Source: the human T2T-CHM13v2.0 reference genome, Homo sapiens. Taken from it: a stretch of DNA of 64,000 nucleotides. Positions 55,346 to 64,000 of the stretch are shown here, piece after piece. Position 1 is the first letter of the stretch, and every line of letters starts with the position of its first letter. The stretch lies in NCBI RefSeq assembly GCF_009914755.1, contig NC_060928.1, one strand, 5' to 3'. The notes under the pieces are model-generated. The model ran no database searches. It saw only the letters and a program-made list of their open reading frames with translations, and had not been told where the DNA came from. Made by a program: the position numbers and the translations under genes.

Positions 55346-58065
55346 GAATCTTACAATGGAAATATAACAGGGACTGATAAAAGTTTTTTCCTTATTTCTA
55401 AAGTAATCTGGGACCATTTTTAGAGTTTGGGTAGTGGCATGTATAGTTTAGGAGTCCAAAAATATTAATATGAATTCTATTTTCTGTATCATTCCATGAC
55501 TGCTTTGGAGTGTGAACTATATAAATGAAATGCTCAAAAGCAGAGAAAAAGTTAGATAATTGGTATAATTCTCCACACACAAAACCACCTGGCCCAAATA
55601 ACTGAAGTTGTTGCTATAGACAGGAAATGTAAATGTGCATGCAACAATTTTCTTGGTAAGGCTGAAAGCTTTATAAAAATATTTTTTCCCTTAAATGCTA
55701 CAAACATTTTTGCAAGATCAGTTAAAAATTATCATCCATGTAAAAGTTCACATTTAAGAAAAGTCATTCATTTTGTTTAATAAAATTTCTTTTACTGATT
55801 TAATTAATTGGCAGGTAGATGCCCACTTTCTGTGTTGTTCTAAAACAAATACTTTAAAAATGTCATCTAGATACATCTCTATGTTTTATACTCAATCTAT
55901 CCCCTCTTTAGTAAATAAAGTATAATTAAGATTCCATCAAAGTGGTAAATGGAGATTATCTACAATCAATCTTATGTACCTATGTCTGCCAGGTTTTATT
56001 CTTGTTCCTGTTGCATCATGCCTTTGAGAGACCATTTCTTTAGATTTCATTTCATGTCTGTCTTAGTGAGTCACTTCTGGGACAATATATTCTTGAGTGC
56101 CTCGCGAGGGCCCCCAGTTAAATGCCATTTTGTAATGAGAGTTTCTTTGGTCACTGGACTAGTCTCTAAAGTTGTTAAAGCCTGCAGACCTTAAATACAG
56201 TGCTGGCTGATGCAACTTAATTAAACTACAGCAAATTGAATTTAGGTAATAAAACTTTGCTTGGATTTTATGGTTGTGATTGTCTTTTAGTTATTTATTT
56301 TATAAGGATGATAAGCTATCCATCCTGTGACTGCCTAGCCATTTTTGATGAGTCAGAATTACTCTGGGCTGGTCCCCACAAAGGAAGATTTGGCTTTTCT
56401 GCACATAGTGAAAAATAAATATGGTGCTTAATCTGAGATATCATGATCTTTCAGTCACCCCAAGATTCTTCTGGTCTGTTTCTGCACCATTCATTGGGTG
56501 TACACTTAGGTAATAAAAACTTATTTTAATATTGTCTAAGTGAAAGATAATTTATGCTTATTTCACAAAATTTATATAGTAATGATATATATAGGACATT
56601 TGAATTATCTGTTATTACACTTTCCCGTTGACATTAACAATGGATGGTTGACTTTATAAGAAGTTTAAATTTAACTTAATTTTCACATACTAGATGTAAA
56701 TTAGGTTTTCTGTTTAGTCTACCTAAGGGAATTTATCAAACTAGGAGAAATTACAAGGGTTTAAGGATGGGTTGTATGATGCTGTAGAATCTGAGAAATT
56801 TGTGAGCTCCAATTCTAGTGGGTGTATAAACCCCAGTACCAAAGGCCGGTGGGTGAGTCCCAACTTCCCTCTGCAGCAGATGATTGTTATTTGGAGCAGT
56901 GGTCTCAAGGGGACACCGTGACTGTCACACACAAATAGGATGTATGAGTGGTTACAGCATCCTCGAGAGGTGTGGTCCTTGAGATATGAGCCTGGTTCTA
57001 GATTTAAATATTGACTCCTCCTGGACATCTGAAGGAATGACTGTAGTTGCTGTTGGAACTCCCCTCAACGGTAGCCAAAAATAATTGCAGCAACAGAGGC
57101 AGGTTTATTTTAACCACATGCCATGACAGGATGGTCAGCAGTGATGCCTACAGATACTTATTAAAGGTACCCTGAGAAGTGAGAATGCCCTTGTTTTCCA
57201 GTGCCTTTCCTTTTCACAATTGCAAGGATGAGAATAAGGGCTGACCTTGTGGTAATGACATTTTAAATGTTCTGAGTCTGAAGACTGCTGTAAGGTCAAG
57301 ACGTTTTCTCCTAGAACTGAGCAAACCACAGTGTGGACTTACTTAAGAAGATTTGTGGCATTGTTAAGATCTCTTTATAATGAATATTTATACTTGCAAA
57401 GGATTTATTTCTTTCCAGGATGCCAAGAAATATGTTGATCCAGATTCTCTGAGTTTCACCAAACTACGTTCCCTTTTAACATTTTTGGAAAATGGATGAA
57501 TTTCTTTCTGTCTCCTGAATGTTCGTTGGTTTGTAACTGAGCCTATCCACAGCACCTCTGCGGTCTTTCAGGCACATTAGATCTTGGTTTTTTTACTGCT
57601 TTGTGCTGTAGGGCAGAAATGCATCCACAAAAGGAAGTATATTAGGTATGGAAAGACGCTGGCTCTTTCAATCAGGGATGAGTCTCTCTCGATGCTATCT
57701 TCTTTCATCTAATAACTAGATTTGGCAGTAGTCTCAGGTGGGCTGAAATGCAGGTTTCTGTTGCTTCTTCCAAGTCTCTTCTGTGTGAACTAGAGAAATT
57801 ACTTCAAAGCTGTAGAACTTGTCAGATTTCCATCAAGGCTGCAGAACCAGCTTATAACTTTTAAAATGAACTTTTAATTTTAGGAGAGGTTTAGATTTAC
57901 AGAAAAACTGCAAAGATAGTACAGAGAGTTCCTATATAGCCTATACCCTATTTCCCCTATTACTAACATCTTATATTAGTATGGTATATTTATTACAAAT
58001 AGTGAACGAGTATTGATATATGAGTATTAACTTCATACTTTATTCAGATTTTCTTCGTTTTTACC

Positions 58066-58417
58066 TGATATGGTCTGACTGCTGGTGTTCCACTAAAATT
58101 CGTGTGTTAAAATCTAACTCCCAGTGTATTAGTATTAAGATGTGGGACATTTGGGAGGCGACTAGGTCATGAGAGCAGAGCTCCTTGTCAATGACATTAG
58201 TGCCTTTATAAAGGAGGCCTAAGAGACCTTGTTCACTTCTTCTATCATATGAGGACATATATAAGGTACCATTTACAAGATAGGCCCTCACGTGACACTG
58301 AATCTGCTGGCATCTTGATCTTAGACTTCCCAGCCTCCAGAACTGTGAGAGATAAATTTTTGTTGTTTATAAATTAACCAGTCTATATTGTTATAGCGGC
58401 CCAAATGGACTAAGACA
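58066..58417 (+). mobile_element. MLT1A0 solo LTR
   Basis: tgatatggtctga...ggactaagaca; TSD ttacc/ttact. Confidence 0.88.
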
Positions 58418-58603
58418 TTACTAATTGTTTTGTTTCCAGGATCCCATTGAGGATACCCCATTGGGTCTAGTTGTCTTGTCTCCTTTGACTTTCCTTGGCT
58501 ATGACAGTTTTTCAGACTTTCCTTGTTTATGATGACCTTGACAATTTTGAGGAGTGTCAGTTAGGTGTTTTGTACAATTTTCCCCTACTAGGGTTTGTCT
58601 GAT

Positions 58604-58971
58604 TGTTATGGCTTGAATGTGTCCTCCAGAAATTCATGTGTTGGAAACTTAATCCCCAATGCAACATCGTTGGAAGGTGGCAGGTGTTTATGTCACGAAG
58701 GGGAGGGAGGTGTTTATGTCACAAAGGCTCTATTCTCATGAATGGATTAATGCTGTTATAACAAGGGGATGTGAGGTGGCATCATTCTCTCTTGCTTTCC
58801 CCTGCCCTTCTGGCTTCCACCATGTGATGATGTATTAAGAAGGCACTTGACAGCTGCTGGCACCTTGATCTTGGACTTCCCACCTCCAGAACTCTGAGAA
58901 AATAAATTTCTGTTCTTTATAATTACCCAGTCTGTGATATTCTGTTATAGGAGCATAAATGAAATAAGACA
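58604..58971 (+). mobile_element. MSTD-like solo LTR with a small internal duplication (58682-58727)
   Basis: tgttatggcttgaatgtg...aataagaca; TSD ctgat/ccgat. Confidence 0.85.
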
Positions 58972-59719
58972 CCGATGTTTTTCTTACGATTAGATGGGGG
59001 TTATGTGTTTTGGATATGATGACTACAGAGGTAAAGTGCATTATCATCACATTATATCAAGAATATGTACTATCAACATGACTTATCACTGTTGAGTTTA
59101 ACCTTGATCACCTAGTTGAGGTAGTGTTTGTCAGTTTGCTCCACTAACTCATTTTTCCTCCTTTCTGAGGTGTATTATTTGGAAGGAAGTAATTTTAAAC
59201 AGCCCACATTTAAGAAGTGGGAAGTTATTCTCCACCTCCTGGAGGGTGGAGTATCTACATAAATTATTAGAATTTTTCTGCAGGGGAGATTTGTTTATTC
59301 TCCCCCATTTACTTATTCAATCATTTATTTATTTATATCAGTACAGACTCAGATATTGATTTTCCACTTTGGGTTATAATCTAATACTACTTTATTTATT
59401 TTATTGCACAAATTATGCTAGCTTTGGCTACTGGGAGCTCTTTCATTTGGCTCCTGAAAGTTGCCCCTGCCACTGTGTTTTCCTTTTTTTTTGAGCACTT
59501 ATCTTTTTTCTTGCACTAAAAGATGCTCCTGGCTCATTTCATATATTTCCTACCCAAGTCCTAGAGTCAGCCATTTCTTCAAAGAGTCCTGTTCAGATCA
59601 GTTTTTAAACAGCTTAGTTTTTACATTCTCTCTAAATCTTCCCTTGTGTTTGTGTATGCGATTATGTTAATGCTTTTTGTTTAGTTGGCATTGAAATAGG
59701 TTTTTTAAATCTTATTTTT

Positions 59720-61020
<1,301 letters not shown>

Positions 61021-61284
61021 AGTAAGTTTTAAAAAATATTAAAGAATTTTTTTTTTAATATAGAGAAGTGCAAACACTTACAAATAGGGGAATTTAGCTG
61101 TCATCCAGCTTCAACAATATCACCTTTTTGTTAATCTTATTTCTTGTATATCCGGATCCACTTACCCTTATATCCCAAACATCATATTATTTCATCTATA
61201 AATATTTCAGCACATATCTCTAAGTAATAATATCTTAAAAAACATAAATATTATGTAGGTAAAAGAAACAATAACAATTTGTTT

Positions 61285-61785
61285 GGTGATAGATTGAAGG
61301 TGGTAACAATTATTTGACTCTTTCATCACATGGTGGGGTCTATGTTCCTATCCTTAAATCTTGGCAGGCTCTGTGGCTACAATATGGCAGAAGTGAAATT
61401 GTACCAGTTTTGGGGGCTACACCTTAAGATCTTCCACTTATTGCCTCTTAGAATACTTTCTCTGGGAGCCTTCATACACGCGTAATTTCAACTACCTTGA
61501 GACAGCTGTGGAGAGGCATGTGTTAGTGCTCCAGCCAACAGTCCCAGCTGAGCTTAGCCTTCTAGCCATATCTGCAAAGGCACCAGATGTATGGGTGAAG
61601 CCATCTTGGATGATCCAGACCAGCCCATCTGCCACCTCAGTTGACAACACGCAGAGCAGACAAATTGTCCATCCTACTCCTGTTGCAATTGTTAACTCAA
61701 CAAAATGTGAGATATAACAAAATGATTATAGTTTAATTCACTAAGTTTTGGGGTAATTTGTTAAGCAGAAATAAATAACTAAAAT
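61285..61785 (+). mobile_element. MLT1G/H-like LTR
   Basis: 'aatatggcagaagtga...cagtcccagctgagc...gtgaagccatcttgga...ctaagttttggggtaatttgtt'. Confidence 0.75.
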
Positions 61786-62104
61786 GGTAGGCTTTTAAAA
61801 TTTGCATTCCCAGTGTTTCTGGATGAGCAGTGCATCTTTTGGGAGTGTGAGTTAGCCTGTCGTCAAAGGTCTTTTTGAAATTGTGTTGTCCCATTTGCCA
61901 TGAAAATATTTTTGATTATTTCCTACCTTTGTTCTTAATATGATTTATTCAATTATATATTTATATAATGCAATTTTTAATAATGACTATTACAGCATTT
62001 TTGAACATTTACCAGTTGACTTTTCCAAGCTGGTATGATCTGACTCTAGCACGTTTCTGATGGACAGTCCCTCCTCGATCAGTTTCTGATTTTACCTCAA
62101 TACT

Positions 62105-62330
62105 CAGCTATGGTAGAAGAGTTAAATGACCTAGTTTGGGAGTCAGAGTTCAGTTAACATTTTGGTTTTGTGACTTACTGGTAGTGTGAGCTTGAGTAAG
62201 TGACTTAGTGTTTCATCCCGTTGCCTCATGTGCAAAATGGGGATCATCATAACTACCTTAAAAGTTTGCTGTAGAAGATTGTATGAGGGAAATATGAACA
62301 GAACTTTGTACATTGTCAGCTCTAATATAT
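62105..62330 (+). mobile_element. MIR
   Basis: 'ttgagtaagtgacttag...cctcatgtgcaaaatgggga'. Confidence 0.65.
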
Positions 62331-63338
62331 TTATAATTCTTTGGTGTTCTTGTAAAATATATGGGCTCACATAGGTAGTAATTCTATTGACATTCACAGT
62401 AATAAAAAGAAAGGTAGCCTTTCTTGAGAAAATTAGGGAGATTTTCCCTAGTCTTTGGTCCTTGTTTTGACTGTATTGGGGACTCTGGGCTTTAATCTTC
62501 ACAGAGAGGTGTGGTGGGTGTGGGTCGTGGCAACATGAAGGCTTGTGCATACTTTTATTCAAAAAGGATGTTAGCAGAAAGAAGCACCAACTTTCCTAGC
62601 ATGAGGATTCCTGACATGCCCATCTTCTGTGACACGGTTGAGAAAGTATATGATTTCCCTTTTGCGGACTGGCAAACAGAAGATAAAAGAGATTACAACT
62701 TTCCCCAGGATTATAGTAGCAAGGCTGGAAAAAAAATGGCAGAAATATTCAGTACAGCTTTTTGTTAGTGGATTCGCTCCAATACCCAGACCATGAAGGT
62801 TCTTTAATTTCCCCCAAACTATACTCTTAAATGAGGCCTATTTCAGGCAGAGACACTAATCCAGCCCTGAGGTGGAATACTTCCTCCTCAGCGCCCTTCT
62901 TTGATGTGTAGCTGATATGGAACTGAGTGCCAACATATGTTTGTACAAATATATTGGCAAATGTAAGCAGCCTACTGCTAATTACTACACTCTGAACCTC
63001 ATGTGAAGTTTGAATGATGCCTCAAGGAATTTGAATGTAAGAAAATAATATATATACATATTTTTCAAATCTTAGCAAAAAAGGGTTAACTTCTTTATGG
63101 TTGAAACTGGAAGACACTCGAGAATTATCTTGTCTTCTCAAACCTTTGGCAATAACATGTTTATTTAAGGAACTCAGGTCAAACAGTTGCTAGAAAAGAT
63201 TAAGTGTTTTGGACACTTTTAAAATAAAAAAGGGCCGCTTAAATTAAAAAAACCCAAAATTGCTTAATATTTTACAAATGAAAATAAGAACAATATAATT
63301 TAAACAGATGCTATACAAAACAACAGAGTACTATAGGC

Positions 63339-63538
63339 CAAAGGTCACAAATTAAAGACCATTTATGGGCTGAGAACAAAGCTACTGGGTTCAAAACATA
63401 AAGCGAATACTGTGGGAACTTCAGAGGGGCTTGCCCTGCCTAAAGGTATTCAAATTCAAATAATTTTGGAGTACTATGCTGGCTTAGCATAATTGGGAAG
63501 GCCAGATCAGGCTTTTGTACTCAACGTTGTGGTCCTTG
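63339..63538. mobile_element. MER117-like hAT-Charlie element
   Basis: 'caaaggtcacaaat...gcctaaaggtattcaaattcaaa...ggccagatcagg...gtggtccttg'. Confidence 0.55.
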
Positions 63539-64000
63539 ATTTAGACAATATTGGTTAAAAAGATGGTACTTTAATCAGTTTACTACATATTTCAAACTAA
63601 AACATTATTTTTAAACATGAATTATATGAACACATTTCTTCTACTAATTTTGTAAATATTAAGGGTTGATTTTAACTAAACCAAATGGAGGGTTTTTTTT
63701 TAACTTTTAGTGATGGATATATAGAATTATTCTGTTGATCAGCTTCTGAACATCTCAAATTTTAAATATAGAAATGTTATCAGAATACTTCCTTTTTAAG
63801 AATACGAAATGTTTGCATTCTGTGGAGATGTGGAGAAAACTAAAGCCAAACCGAAGGAGTGGCTTAATCTCTATTTCTGTGATGAATTGACTTCTGCTAG
63901 TCAGATGGGAAAAAATTAGAATGTTTAATCACTGTGTTTAATTGAAAGGAATTTGTAATGATTCAATTTGGTTATCTCTATATCTAGATATTTAGACTAA

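Larger units (their letters stand above)
57858..59592 (-). mobile_element. L1MC-type 3' region interrupted by two MaLR LTRs
   Basis: 'tttagatttacagaaaaactgcaaagatagtacagagagttcc...gatgaccttgac...cagccatttcttcaaagagtcctg'. Confidence 0.8.

Noticed and set aside
57419-57500. Good + strand acceptor followed by DAKKYVDPDSLSFTKLRSLLTFLENG*
   Set aside because: No recognisable protein, no matching donor or upstream exon; probably chance
62511-62768. 85-aa ORF in unique DNA
   Set aside because: No homology recognised, and no poly(A)/TSD to indicate a retrocopy

Overview
Primate (hominid-like) non-coding genomic DNA, roughly half interspersed repeats (Alu, MIR, L1, L2, MaLR/ERVL solo LTRs, hAT-Charlie and Tigger DNA transposons). 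I recognise no host protein-coding exon, RNA gene or CRISPR array; almost all ORFs in the track are chance or repeat-derived. The dominant feature is a full-length minus-strand L1PA2-like LINE-1 (33287-39536). Its ORF1 is open. Its ORF2 is broken only by a 206-bp internal tandem duplication with a templated junction, and its endonuclease carries H230Y. ORF0 is truncated, and there is an apparent 72-bp 3' transduction with its own AATAAA and A-tail. Other leads are a dense cluster of inverted repeats at ~28.5-28.8 kb next to a CpG-retaining kilobase, a PBX-HOX/MEIS motif cluster at ~5.8 kb, an L2-like fragment inside a younger MLT1 LTR, a closely spaced inverted Alu pair, and a strong same-strand bias of MaLR LTRs. 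I cannot support a new biological system from sequence alone. Subfamily names are from recalled consensus sequences, not a RepeatMasker run, and old-repeat boundaries are approximate.
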